The notes under the pieces were generated by a model that made no database searches, was not told where the DNA came from, and saw only the letters and a list, made by a program, of their open reading frames with translations. DNA of 64,000 bases from an uncultured delta proteobacterium (lineage in GTDB: Bacteria > Desulfobacterota > RBG-13-43-22): contig CAVQFQ010000025.1 of the NCBI GenBank assembly GCA_963711835.1, forward strand, positions 49,442 to 113,441, read 5' to 3'. A program made the position numbers and the translations under genes. How positions within the stretch are numbered: the stretch's first letter is position 1; each line of letters opens with the position of its first letter. Positions 30,478 through 40,402 of this stretch are shown piece after piece.

Positions 30478-30825
30478 ATGACAAGAGTCCGGGTCAAATC
30501 CGGCGGCTGCGGCTTTGAGGCTCACATACACGTTCAAAAAACGGAGAGAAGAAAAGTATCGGTCACGATAAGCAGTAACTGCCCCCAGGTAAGCTGCCTG
30601 GCCAAGGAATTGCCGGACCTGACCATGATGGAGGTGCTCAAGAGCCCCATCGATAAAAACCCGGTCTATGAAAAAGCCGGGCAATGCGGATTACATCCCG
30701 GTTGCCCGGTGCCCTGCGGGGTCTTAAAAGCCGCTGAAGTTGAGCTTGAACTGGCCCTGAAAAAGGAGGCCGCCATTGAATTCCAGGAGGTAGGCCTCAA
30801 AGATCAAAAGGCAAACAAAGGTTAG
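30478..30825 (+). CDS. small Cys-containing protein, DUF6951-like
   Basis: GCGF...SNC...HPGCPVP; paralog of 14463. Confidence 0.6.
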   Translation: MTRVRVKSGGCGFEAHIHVQKTERRKVSVTISSNCPQVSCLAKELPDLTMMEVLKSPIDKNPVYEKAGQCGLHPGCPVPCGVLKAAEVELELALKKEAAIEFQEVGLKDQKANKG

Positions 30826-31002
30826 GAGGAAATAAACCATTCACTCCTTCATCTTATCGGCTTGAGGGCCATTCTCTTCCGGCATGATTACTCCCCTTTA
30901 ACCCCTGATCCGGGATTCTGGAAAATCAAGAAAAAGATTGACAAAAATCGACCTAAGGACTTAATATTTAAATTCTTTCCATCCACTGGAAATGAAATCT
31001 TA

Positions 31003-31200
31003 GGGATAGTCCCAAAGTTACGTGATTCTCAAACTGAAGGGGGTGTCTCTTAAAATAGTAAATCACCCCAAAGGGCTTCAGGGGTCTTGATTTCAAGGAT
31101 TGTCCGCCAAAACGCCGGCAGCCTGAACCCGGGCAGGAAGAGACCCCCGAAGCCCTCGACGAATGGATGGCTTAAAAATCACGTAACGTTGGGACAAACT
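31003..31200. mobile_element. MITE-like element, family A, copy 1
   Basis: Terminal inverted repeats GTCCCAAAGTTACGTGATT / AATCACGTAACGTTGGGAC; near-identical reverse-complement copy at 55942-56138. Confidence 0.75.
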
Positions 31201-31271
31201 CAAACCTTATTTCATCCGGCACCGGTTTTAAATTCTATTCTTTAATCCATCATACCGAGAGAGGATGGTGT

Positions 31272-32957
31272 ATGAGCAGCCTGTTTAACAAAAAGCAATT
31301 GGAAAAGGTGCGGGTCGGGCGAGAAGCCTGGGAAAAGGACCTGGCCGGGAAGCTGGTCCAAAAACCGGATCGAAAGGCCCGCTTCTCGACCGTATCCGAC
31401 CTGGAGATCAAGTCCATTTATTCCCCGGAGGACATTGCCCACCTGGATTATGAACAAGACCTGGGTTTCCCAAGCCAATATCCCTATACCCGGGGGGTGC
31501 AGACCTCTATGTATCGGGGCCAGCTCTGGACGATGCGGATGTTTGCCGGACTGGGCTCGGCTGAGGATACCAATCAACGCTTCCACTATCTGGTCCAACA
31601 GGGCCAGACTGGCTTGAGTACCGCCTTTCATATGCCCACCTTGATGGGCTACGATAGCGATTCTCCCCTGGCCAGAGGGGAATGTGGCAAATGCGGGGTG
31701 GCCATCGATACCTTAAAAGATATGGAGATCCTCTTTGACGGTCTTCCGATTGATCGGATCACCACCTCGATGACGATCAATCCCCCGGCCTCGGTCATCT
31801 GGGCTATGTACCTGGCCATGGGGGAAAAAAGAGGGATCCTCCGAAGCAAGTTGGGCGGGACTATTCAAAACGATATGTTAAAGGAATTTGCCGCCCAGAA
31901 GACCTTCATGTGTCCGATTCGCCCTTCACTCCGGGTGGTAACCGACACGGTTGAATTCGGGACTAAGGAGGTGCCGCGTTGGAATACCATCAGTATCAGC
32001 GGTTATCACATTCGGGAGGCCGGTTCCACGGCTGTTCAGGAACTGGCCTTTACCCTGGCCGATGGGTTGGCTTATGTGGAGGACGCCATGAACAGGGGCC
32101 TGGATGTTGATGATTTTGCCCCCCGCCTGTCTTTTTTCTTTAATGCCCACATTGACTTTTTTGAGGAGATTGCCAAATACCGGGCGGCCCGTCGGATGTG
32201 GGCCCGGTTTATGAAGGAGCGGTTTAAGGCCAAAAACCCCAGGTCCTGGTGGCTGCGCTTCCATACCCAGACCGCCGGATGCTCCTTAACGGCCCAGCAG
32301 CCCTATAATAACGTGGTCCGGACCGCTTTAGAGGCCTTGGCGGCCATATTGGGCGGGACGCAATCCTTGCACACCAACTCGTTAGACGAGGTATTGGCCA
32401 TCCCGACCGCCGAAGCGGCGACTATTGCCCTGCGCACCCAGCAGATCCTTGCCGAGGAATCGGGGGTGACCCATACCATTGATCCCTTGGGGGGGTCTTA
32501 TTTTATCGAGGCCTTGACCAACCAGATGGAAGAAGAGGCCCTGGCCTACATCCGAAAGATCGATGAAATGGGGGGTATGGTTGAGGCCCTGGATCGACAT
32601 TATCCTCAAATGGAGATAGCCGATTCCGCCTATAAATTTCAACAACAGATCGATCGCGGGGAAAAGACCATGGTCGGGGTCAATAAATACGCCACCGGAG
32701 AGCCGCCACCGGTTGAGATCCTGAAAATTGACCCTGAATTGGAGGCTAAGCAGATTGCCCGCCTCCATCAGGTGAAAAACGATCGGAACAATAAGAAGGT
32801 CCGGGAATGCCTGGAACGCTTAGGTGAGGCCTGTGTGAACAATGAGAATGTCATGCCTTTCCTGATCCAGGCGGTTAAGGAATATGCCAGCTTGCAGGAA
32901 TGCTGTGATGTTTACCGGAAGGTATTCGGGCGATACCGGGATCCCGGGATTTTTTGA
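31272..32957 (+). CDS. icmA: acyl-CoA mutase large subunit, isobutyryl-CoA mutase-like
   Basis: YPYTRG, GYDSD, ISISGYH, HTNSLDE; specificity positions WTMRMF (Phe) and KEFAAQK (Gln). Confidence 0.78.
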   Translation: MSSLFNKKQLEKVRVGREAWEKDLAGKLVQKPDRKARFSTVSDLEIKSIYSPEDIAHLDYEQDLGFPSQYPYTRGVQTSMYRGQLWTMRMFAGLGSAEDTNQRFHYLVQQGQTGLSTAFHMPTLMGYDSDSPLARGECGKCGVAIDTLKDMEILFDGLPIDRITTSMTINPPASVIWAMYLAMGEKRGILRSKLGGTIQNDMLKEFAAQKTFMCPIRPSLRVVTDTVEFGTKEVPRWNTISISGYHIREAGSTAVQELAFTLADGLAYVEDAMNRGLDVDDFAPRLSFFFNAHIDFFEEIAKYRAARRMWARFMKERFKAKNPRSWWLRFHTQTAGCSLTAQQPYNNVVRTALEALAAILGGTQSLHTNSLDEVLAIPTAEAATIALRTQQILAEESGVTHTIDPLGGSYFIEALTNQMEEEALAYIRKIDEMGGMVEALDRHYPQMEIADSAYKFQQQIDRGEKTMVGVNKYATGEPPPVEILKIDPELEAKQIARLHQVKNDRNNKKVRECLERLGEACVNNENVMPFLIQAVKEYASLQECCDVYRKVFGRYRDPGIF

Positions 32958-32970
32958 TGGAGGATGACCT

Positions 32971-33381
32971 ATGGCAGGGGAAAGAAAATTACGTGTACTG
33001 GTTGGCAAACCAGGATTAGACGGACACGATCGTGGGGCCCGTATCATTGCCCGGGCCTTCCGGGATGCGGGATTTGAGGTGGTTTATACCGGGCTGCATC
33101 AGACCCCGGAGGAGATCGTCCAAGCCGCCCTTCAGGAAGATGTCGATATGATCGGGTTATCCAGCCTGGCCGGCGCCCATAACTATTTATTGCCCCGGGT
33201 CCTGGAACTCCTCAAGGAAAATAAGGCCGAAGATATCGCCCTGGTCGGCGGAGGAATCTTCCCGGATGCAGATATTATTACCTTAAAGCAGATGGGGGTC
33301 AAAGAGTTATTTACCCCTGGGGCAACCCTGGATGATATCACCAACTGGGTCAGGGAAAACATCAAGCCGAGATCATTATGA
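32971..33381 (+). CDS. icmB: acyl-CoA mutase B12-binding small subunit
   Basis: [11 protein letters not shown] motif, GGGIFP, FTPG. Confidence 0.85.
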   Translation: MAGERKLRVLVGKPGLDGHDRGARIIARAFRDAGFEVVYTGLHQTPEEIVQAALQEDVDMIGLSSLAGAHNYLLPRVLELLKENKAEDIALVGGGIFPDADIITLKQMGVKELFTPGATLDDITNWVRENIKPRSL

Positions 33382-34364
33382 ACTGGACTCAAAAAATCTT
33401 AGCCGGGGATCTCCGCTCCGTAGCCCGGTTAATCCGAGATATTGATGACGGGATTCCGGAGGCCCGGTCCGTCTTGAAGGAGTTGTACCCCCATACCGGA
33501 CGGGCTTACGTCATCGGCATCACCGGTTCGCCCGGGGTGGGAAAAAGCACCCTGGTGGACCGGATGATCCAACATCTCAGGGCCCGGGGCAAGACCGTAG
33601 GCATCCTGGCCGTGGATCCCACCAGCCCCTTCAGCGGCGGGGCCATCCTGGGGGACCGCATCCGCATGCAGCGGCACAGCACCGACGAAGGGGTCTTTAT
33701 CCGCAGTATGGCCACCCGGGGTCATTTCGGAGGCCTGACCCCTTCCACCCGGGGGGCCATTGCCGTGTTGGATGCCATGGGCAAGGATTATATCCTGGTG
33801 GAAACGGTCGGGGTAGGGCAGGACGAGATCGAGATTGTCCGGTCCGCCCACACTACCCTGATCGTTCTGATCCCGGGCATGGGGGACGACATCCAGGCCA
33901 TCAAGGCCGGCATCTTGGAGGTCGGGGACGTCTTCGTCATCAACAAGTGCGAGCGGGAAGGGGCCCAGAAGACCCGCCAGGAGCTTCAGATGATGATCGA
34001 GATGGGTAAGGACCGTAAAGCCAAGGGCGGCTGGAAGCCTCTCATTTTTATGACCGAGGCGGTCAAAAACGATGGCTTGGAGGCCTTAATGGCCGGTATT
34101 GAGGAACACCGGGGCTTCCTATTCAAAAAAGACCCTGCTTATTTATCGGAGTTCCAGTATTCCCGGGCCCGTATGGAGCTGTTTGATCTGGTCAAGCAGG
34201 ATGTTATTCAGGTTATCATGGATCATTTGACCCAGACCGGCCGCTGGGATCACTTTGTCCAGGAACTGGTCCAAAAAAAAACCGATCCCTATACGCTTTC
34301 CGAAGAAATCATCGCCCGCTACCTGAACGCCGGAAACGAGCCCATTACAGACCGCTTGGAGTAG
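33378..34364 (+). CDS. meaB: MeaB/ArgK GTPase chaperone
   Basis: [35 protein letters not shown]. Confidence 0.92.
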   Translation: MNWTQKILAGDLRSVARLIRDIDDGIPEARSVLKELYPHTGRAYVIGITGSPGVGKSTLVDRMIQHLRARGKTVGILAVDPTSPFSGGAILGDRIRMQRHSTDEGVFIRSMATRGHFGGLTPSTRGAIAVLDAMGKDYILVETVGVGQDEIEIVRSAHTTLIVLIPGMGDDIQAIKAGILEVGDVFVINKCEREGAQKTRQELQMMIEMGKDRKAKGGWKPLIFMTEAVKNDGLEALMAGIEEHRGFLFKKDPAYLSEFQYSRARMELFDLVKQDVIQVIMDHLTQTGRWDHFVQELVQKKTDPYTLSEEIIARYLNAGNEPITDRLE

Positions 34365-34394
34365 GCTTCTTAAGCTGGATGCGAGTGACCTTTT

Positions 34395-34712
34395 ATGGGT
34401 GAATTAACAAAGTTCAAGGACTTGCCGATCAATTGGGAGATGGGGCCGGCCGATGCCGTGGCCCTTCACCTGGAATGGGGCAATACCGGCTATGGCGGCC
34501 ATTACGGCGATCCGGAGAAAGAATCCTTTTATTTTTCCATTGATACCTGGCAGGAACCCTTCTTGGTTCGGCTGCAGAAGATGACCAAGGACGGGCCGGA
34601 AACCCTTTACGAGATGGAGCTGCCTGGCAGATTCTGGCCTTGTTGCGATTATTCCAAAGGGGTTCATCCCCTTCCCCCGGAAGTTAGAGACTGGCTCGTG
34701 ACCTTTTTCTAA
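34395..34712 (+). CDS. conserved hypothetical protein, DVU0772-like
   Basis: INWEM...LEWGN...YFSIDTW pattern. Confidence 0.55.
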   Translation: MGELTKFKDLPINWEMGPADAVALHLEWGNTGYGGHYGDPEKESFYFSIDTWQEPFLVRLQKMTKDGPETLYEMELPGRFWPCCDYSKGVHPLPPEVRDWLVTFF

Positions 34713-34728
34713 AAACGCCATCCCCAAA

Positions 34729-35469
34729 ATGCATCCACAAGATAAAGTTCAAAGGTATACCTATTTGATAATCATCGGGATCCTCAGCCTGGCGGCTGTC
34801 GGGATTTTTATCGGGCTTTATTGGGAGATCCTTAGGGGTGGATTAAGTCACTATTACCTGGTTTTTTCCGATAAAGAGGCCATAAAAACCCTGTTAAAAT
34901 CCTGGGGTCCCTGGGCTCCTTTGATTTACGTTATTTTTCAGGCGGCCCAGGTTCTGATTGCCCCGTTACCCGGGGAGGCGACCGGGGGATTCGTGGCCGG
35001 CTATTTCTTCGGAGTCTTTTGGGGGACCCTTTACTCCCTGATCGGACTGATATGCGGATCCGTGGTGGCTTTTTTATTGGGCAATTGGTTGGAACACCGT
35101 TTTGTCGTCAAATGGGTTCCACACCAAATTATGGAGCGGTTCCATCATTTGGCCGAAACCAAAGGTCTGGTTATCTCTCTGATCATTTTCGTCCTGCCTT
35201 ATTTCCCCAAAGATTATTTTTGTTTCCTCCTAGGGATAAGCGAGATGTCGTTATCCCTTTTCTTGTTTGTTATAATCATCGGCCGCCTGCCGGGGGCCCT
35301 GATGTTCGCCTTACAGGGGGCTCAGGTCTATAAAGGAGAATACCATCACGTCATTGTCCTGAGCGTTATCTACATCCTGCTGGCCTTCGCCCTTTTTATG
35401 TATCGCCAGCGCCTCTATCAATGGCTTAAGAAAAGGGCCAAGCCCCAAAAAAAAGATTCTCCCATCTAA
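34729..35469 (+). CDS. TVP38/TMEM64 (VTT-domain) membrane protein
   Basis: QVLIAPLPGE, GYFFG..WG.LYS, PYFPKD, GRLPG; multiple hydrophobic segments. Confidence 0.8.
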   Translation: MHPQDKVQRYTYLIIIGILSLAAVGIFIGLYWEILRGGLSHYYLVFSDKEAIKTLLKSWGPWAPLIYVIFQAAQVLIAPLPGEATGGFVAGYFFGVFWGTLYSLIGLICGSVVAFLLGNWLEHRFVVKWVPHQIMERFHHLAETKGLVISLIIFVLPYFPKDYFCFLLGISEMSLSLFLFVIIIGRLPGALMFALQGAQVYKGEYHHVIVLSVIYILLAFALFMYRQRLYQWLKKRAKPQKKDSPI

Positions 35470-35529
35470 CCCCAGGTTAACCCGGTTTGGATTGGAAAGG
35501 CCGATTAAACCTGACAGGAGGTTTTGCCC

Positions 35530-35809
35530 ATGGACTTCAAGACCCTGCTGACTACCTTCGGAATGATCTTTCTGGCCGAACTTGGGTGATAAAACGCAAC
35601 TGGCCACCTTCGCTTTTTCCGCCAATAGTTCCTCCCGGCTTTCGGTCTTTCTGGGGTCGGCCGGGGCCCTGGTCTTGACTTCTTTTCTTGGCGTGCTTCT
35701 CGGGGGGGTGGTTCATAAGTGGATCCCGCCCCAGGTGATTAAAATGGGGGCCGGGGGTCTGTTCATCCTCCTGGGGTTTTGGATGGTCTTTTTTTCAAAT
35801 GGAAAATAG
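35530..35809 (+). CDS. UPF0016/TMEM165-GDT1 family half-size membrane protein; 1-nt frameshift near 35585
   Basis: MDFKTLLTTFGMIFLAELG joins DKTQLATF when one G is removed, restoring the ELGDKT motif. Confidence 0.75.
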
Positions 35810-35847
35810 AAGGGTGAAGGCGTTTTTTTTAAAGCCTGAGGGGCCGA

Positions 35848-36831
35848 TTGAATCGCCGTGATTTTTTAAAGATTTCAGGGGCGGCCGGGGCCGCCCTATG
35901 GTCCGGATTAAAAGGAGAGGCCGTTATGGGTACACCCAAAACCAATGTCGCCTTGGTCAAGACCGATAACCGAAAAGAAGGGGTAAAAGCCTCTTTGAAA
36001 ACACTGGGCCTTAATCCGGTCAAAGGGAAAGAGGTCCTGATCAAGCCCAATTTCAATACCGCGGATGTCCCCCCGGGATCAACCCACAAGGATACCCTGT
36101 TGGCCCTGGTGGAGGAGATCTGGGCCATGGGAGCTAAATCGATCAGCCTGGGGGAAAGAAGCTATCCCCCCACTCAGGAGGTCATGGAGCAAAAAGGAAT
36201 TTTGCCTCACCTGAAGAAATTACAGGTTCAGGTGATCAACTTTGATGCCCTGGACCGGAACGACTGGATCGAGGTCCGGCCTAAGGACAGCCACTGGAAG
36301 GACGGCTTTCGCATCGCCCGACCCGTGCTGGAATCGGAGTGTCTGGTTTCCACCTGTTGTCTAAAAACCCATCAGTACGGCGGGGTTTTCACCCTATCCT
36401 TGAAGCTTCATGTGGGGGTGGTGCCTACGGCCCGGCAGGGATTCGCGTATATGAGTGAACTGCACGGTTCGCCACACCAGCGAAAAATGATTGCCGAGAT
36501 CAACCAGCCCTTCAGGCCTTCTCTGGTCGTCCTGGATGGGGTGGAAGCCTTTGTCGACGGTGGGCCGATGACCGGCAAGCAGGCCCGGGGAGAAGTTTTT
36601 TTGGCTTCCGGCGATCGTGTAGCCATCGACGCCGTCGGCCTGGCGGTGTTAAAGTCCTTGGGAAGCAATGCCGCCATCATGGAAACTAAGATATTCGAGC
36701 AGGAGCAGATTGCCCGGGCGGTTCAACTGGGCCTGGGGGTTGCCTCGGCGGAAGAAATAGCTCTGCTGGCGGCTGATGATCAAAGCCGGGATTATCGAAA
36801 TCGTATTGAAGCCTTGTTAAATAAAGGGTAG
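35848..36831 (+). CDS. DUF362-family protein with Tat-like N-terminus
   Basis: RRDFLK; VLIKPN, LKTH, TLSLK, DRVAIDA. Confidence 0.75.
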   Translation: MNRRDFLKISGAAGAALWSGLKGEAVMGTPKTNVALVKTDNRKEGVKASLKTLGLNPVKGKEVLIKPNFNTADVPPGSTHKDTLLALVEEIWAMGAKSISLGERSYPPTQEVMEQKGILPHLKKLQVQVINFDALDRNDWIEVRPKDSHWKDGFRIARPVLESECLVSTCCLKTHQYGGVFTLSLKLHVGVVPTARQGFAYMSELHGSPHQRKMIAEINQPFRPSLVVLDGVEAFVDGGPMTGKQARGEVFLASGDRVAIDAVGLAVLKSLGSNAAIMETKIFEQEQIARAVQLGLGVASAEEIALLAADDQSRDYRNRIEALLNKG

Positions 36832-36867
36832 GTTTTTTCCCTTAATCGGAAAGCAGAAAAGACGGCC

Positions 36868-37353
36868 ATGCTGGATACCGTGGTGATCATTTTCGGTGGG
36901 ATTTTGGTTTTATTAGGGGTTGCCGGGAGCCTCCTGCCGATTCTACCGGGGCCGCCTTTGAGTTTTATGGGGCTGCTGCTCTTGGCCCTGGTTCGCGGCT
37001 TCGCGCCTCCTCTGACTCCGACCTTGATGGGGATCATGATCGTGCTGACTATTCTATCAGCCGTGGCCGACCATGTCCTCCCCCTGATAGGCGCCAAACG
37101 ATACGGGGCCTCCAAGTGGGGGCTCTGGGGATCGGTGGCGGGAATGATCATCGGGATGTTTTACTCTCCTCTGGGTCTGATCCTGGGGGCCATGGCCGGG
37201 GCCTTGGTTGTGGAACTGATGATGCAGAAAGAAAAGAAGGCGGCCTTCCGGGCCAGTTGGGGAATCCTGGTGGGAACCTTGGTCGGCCTGGGGTTAAAAT
37301 TGGGCCTCTCGGGAGTAATGGCCTATTATTTCCTTCGAGGCTTATCTTCCTGA
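36868..37353 (+). CDS. DUF456-family membrane protein
   Basis: LPILPGPPL, GAKRYGASKWG. Confidence 0.75.
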   Translation: MLDTVVIIFGGILVLLGVAGSLLPILPGPPLSFMGLLLLALVRGFAPPLTPTLMGIMIVLTILSAVADHVLPLIGAKRYGASKWGLWGSVAGMIIGMFYSPLGLILGAMAGALVVELMMQKEKKAAFRASWGILVGTLVGLGLKLGLSGVMAYYFLRGLSS

Positions 37354-37439
37354 GGATTATTCTTCTCGTCCGGCAATGAAGGCTTAGGAGAAACCGGATC
37401 AATGGTCGCCCTTATCGGTGCGACGACCGGAATACCGAT

Positions 37440-38396
37440 TTACCGGATGGGCTTTAAAATCTCGATCGGGTTGGAAAGGGAATGGGTCGGCATGTGTTCA
37501 GAAGGCCGTTGGCAGAAGTCCAGTTGAATACGGTAATTCCCGGGATCCAGATTCTCCGGAAGGTTCAGATAGATGAATCGGGATGCCTTTCGGTCCGGGA
37601 TCAGGATACATTTCGAGCGATCCGGATTTTCGATTTCCAGCTCTTTGGGCTGCAGGGAACTTTCCGCCGCCTTCCATAAAACCGCTTTTCCTTTAACGCC
37701 GAATCCGAAATCGCTGACGGAGGCGAAAGAGAGGCGGATCCTTTGACCGGGCCGGTATCGGTCGTATTCAGTGGACAGGGTCATCCGGCGATTATAGTCG
37801 CTTTCCCCGGTTGTCACCTTGGAGGTAGCCGCCTCCCAGAATCGAGGTCTGGCCGAGTCCAGGTGAATCACTTCGCCTCCGTAATGGCCGACGCCGCAAC
37901 AGTTGTTTCGGCGAATAAGCTCCCAAAGATCTTTTCCTTTGACGCCGTCAATGGAAAAATCGATGGCCAGGCCGTCGATGTGGGTGCTGGTCCTGGCTAC
38001 ATTCCCTCCGGCATTTTTCAATTTTTGGTTGTACTCGGGGTTGCGGAATCCGGAGTGTAAGAGGATGGGTTTGCCCGGGGCTGCCAAATCCGAAAAGTAA
38101 TCCAGCATGAAAATCAACCGCTGAGAGATATGCTCGCCCTGGTCCCTGGTGGGTAATCCAAAGACCTGATCAAGGGCATCAAAGGAGGGGTCACAGAGAG
38201 AGCCGTCAGGGTTCAGGAGATGCACCCGGGCTTCCAGACCGTTATGCAGGTTGCGAATATGAATCCGTCCATCGCCCATAAGAAAAAAAAGGGCCGGATG
38301 GTCCGGAATATCCTGGGCGCGGGCCGGGGGGAAAAAAAGACAGCAGGAAAGGGCGAGACCCATAGCCCAAAATTTTTTGGAAGGGTGCTTGAGCAT
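37440..38396 (-). CDS. YcbK/DUF882-like peptidase M15 protein with signal peptide
   Basis: SGFRNPEYN, VARTSTH..GLAIDF, GVGHY...IHLD. Confidence 0.75.
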   Translation of the reverse strand: MLKHPSKKFWAMGLALSCCLFFPPARAQDIPDHPALFFLMGDGRIHIRNLHNGLEARVHLLNPDGSLCDPSFDALDQVFGLPTRDQGEHISQRLIFMLDYFSDLAAPGKPILLHSGFRNPEYNQKLKNAGGNVARTSTHIDGLAIDFSIDGVKGKDLWELIRRNNCCGVGHYGGEVIHLDSARPRFWEAATSKVTTGESDYNRRMTLSTEYDRYRPGQRIRLSFASVSDFGFGVKGKAVLWKAAESSLQPKELEIENPDRSKCILIPDRKASRFIYLNLPENLDPGNYRIQLDFCQRPSEHMPTHSLSNPIEILKPIR

Positions 38397-38503
38397 AAAG
38401 AAAAACCTGTTCCCTTAGAAAACGATTTTCCCCGAAAAGGAACCCCCAGCCAGGCCTGAATGATCCTATCTCACAGTTTGAGTTCGGGTGGCCAGGGACC
38501 CTT

Positions 38504-39415
38504 CTATTGGAGGATTAATACAATCTCCGATAGCGCTTTCTGCCAGTACCGGGTTGGCACCTGGCAGGTAGCGACCCGCTCGTGTCCCCCGCCGCCGTAA
38601 CGAAGCAGAAGACCGCCCAGGTTTCTTTTACAGGTTCGGTTCAAGATGCTGTGCCCGGCCGTGATGACGACGTTCTGTTTCTCCCGGCCCCAGAGGACCC
38701 GGACTTCGACATTCTGCTCAGACCAGAGAGCATAGACCAAAAAGCGATTACCGATGTAGACGACCTCCTCATCGATCAAATTGGTGATGATGGCCTGGCC
38801 TTCAACGCGACAGCACCGGGTCAACATCTCCTTAAAATGGGTCTGCTGTTCGAGGTAGCGTTCTATCCGCTCCTGTACATCCGGAACCTCCAGGATCTGT
38901 TCGACGGTCAGGGTGCGGCAATACTGGATCATATCTTCCATCAATTGATAGTTGCTGATCCGGTAGTCCTTGAAACGCCCCAGCCCGGTGCGCGGGTCCA
39001 TCAGAAAAGACAACAGGACCCACCCCTGGGGATTTAAAATCTCCTCTTGGCTTAAATTTCCGGAATCGCTCTTGTTGACGGCCTGCAGCAGGGGCAGCAG
39101 TTGGGATCCGAAGGCCTTTCCCCCGCCGTAATATTCCCAAACCACCTGGGCGGCACTGGGGGCCCGGTTGGAGGCGCCTTCGAAACGGGGTCTATCAGGG
39201 CCGAGGCGTTCCTCTTCACTGATATGGTGGTCGAACCAGAGGCCGCAGCCAGGGGCAAAGGGAACATTAGCCAGCACATCGTTGGCGGTAACTTCTACCT
39301 TGCCGTCCTGGACATCCTTGGGGTGGACAAATTTATACTGATCAACGACCCCTTTTTCCACCAAAAGAACGGCGCAGGCCAAGCCATCAAAATCGGAGCG
39401 GGTAAGCAGACGCAT
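38504..39415 (-). CDS. DHH-family phosphoesterase (exopolyphosphatase-like)
   Basis: MRLLTRSDFDG, VHPKDVQDG, FDHH, GGGGH. Confidence 0.8.
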   Translation of the reverse strand: MRLLTRSDFDGLACAVLLVEKGVVDQYKFVHPKDVQDGKVEVTANDVLANVPFAPGCGLWFDHHISEEERLGPDRPRFEGASNRAPSAAQVVWEYYGGGKAFGSQLLPLLQAVNKSDSGNLSQEEILNPQGWVLLSFLMDPRTGLGRFKDYRISNYQLMEDMIQYCRTLTVEQILEVPDVQERIERYLEQQTHFKEMLTRCCRVEGQAIITNLIDEEVVYIGNRFLVYALWSEQNVEVRVLWGREKQNVVITAGHSILNRTCKRNLGGLLLRYGGGGHERVATCQVPTRYWQKALSEIVLILQ

Positions 39416-39495
39416 TTTGATTCCCCCTTTATCTTAATTGTTTGACGTTTATGGGGGGGAGTATAAAATAGGGCCTTAGGGGGTGTCAAGACAGG

Positions 39496-40383
39496 ATGTT
39501 AACAAGACATAAAATCCTATTTTTTTTCTCAGCTCTTATTTCGCTAACCCTGATCGTTGTGGGTGCCTATTTTTATGTCAACGTTACCCGCCAACCACCC
39601 CAGGAGCTTCCCGTTGCGGTCACAGGAGTCATCTCCCTTGGATCAGACACCTGGCTTCTCCCTAAAAAGGCCCTGGTTGGAAAAATCTCCGCTTCGGAAG
39701 GGTCCCTGTATCAGGTAAAGAACCTCCGGGCTCGAAAAGTGCAGGTTGCTCTGCTTCAAGATTCGGATGCCGGTATTAAGATCAAAAACGCATCCTTGCG
39801 ACCGGGTGATTTCGTCATTGTCAACCCTCAAAGTATCAGTGAAAATCAGGCCGTATCACCTGTTGCCGGGATTGATGACAAGCAACTGATCCAATTGGTC
39901 CTGGAGGCCGGCAGGGTTGCTATTGAAAAAGAGGATTTCTATGAAAGCCTCCGGTTTCTCTCGTCTCGATATCAAGACCCCTGGGGGTATAATGCAAAAC
40001 TCATTGAGGCCTTCTTAAAGCGGGCCTATAAAGAGTTTTCTAATCCCCGTCTGGAAGTATTCGAAGAGCCTGTTATCCAGTTGGAGGGTAATCGGGCGCT
40101 GGTGCAGCTCGCGGTTCGTTTGAGCGCAACCTATCAGACACGATCCAATTATCTGCTGGGGGATTCAAAAGGATTCAACAGCCTCGTGCTCACCCTGGAG
40201 AGGGGTCCTGTTGGGTGGAAACTTGTCCATGTTAAGGGAGTGAAACCTTTAGGCTTTGACGAGGGATTTCTGAAACTGATTGGCTCCGAAATCGGCTTGT
40301 CTTTGACCGAGGCCGAGCAGCGGGAGCGCCAAAAGGCCTGCATGCCCTGCCGGGAAAGGATGGCTGAGCGTTTCGGTTCGTAA
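39496..40383 (+). CDS. hypothetical membrane-anchored protein
   Basis: Long ORF, N-terminal hydrophobic helix, C-terminal CMPC. Confidence 0.55.
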   Translation: MLTRHKILFFFSALISLTLIVVGAYFYVNVTRQPPQELPVAVTGVISLGSDTWLLPKKALVGKISASEGSLYQVKNLRARKVQVALLQDSDAGIKIKNASLRPGDFVIVNPQSISENQAVSPVAGIDDKQLIQLVLEAGRVAIEKEDFYESLRFLSSRYQDPWGYNAKLIEAFLKRAYKEFSNPRLEVFEEPVIQLEGNRALVQLAVRLSATYQTRSNYLLGDSKGFNSLVLTLERGPVGWKLVHVKGVKPLGFDEGFLKLIGSEIGLSLTEAEQRERQKACMPCRERMAERFGS

Positions 40384-40402
40384 AAGTAAAAAGGAGGTGC
40401 CC

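Noticed and set aside
35581-35595. In-frame TGA after ELG in the UPF0016 gene as possible Sec
   Set aside because: The conserved ELGDKT motif is restored by deleting one G; it is a frameshift, not a Cys position
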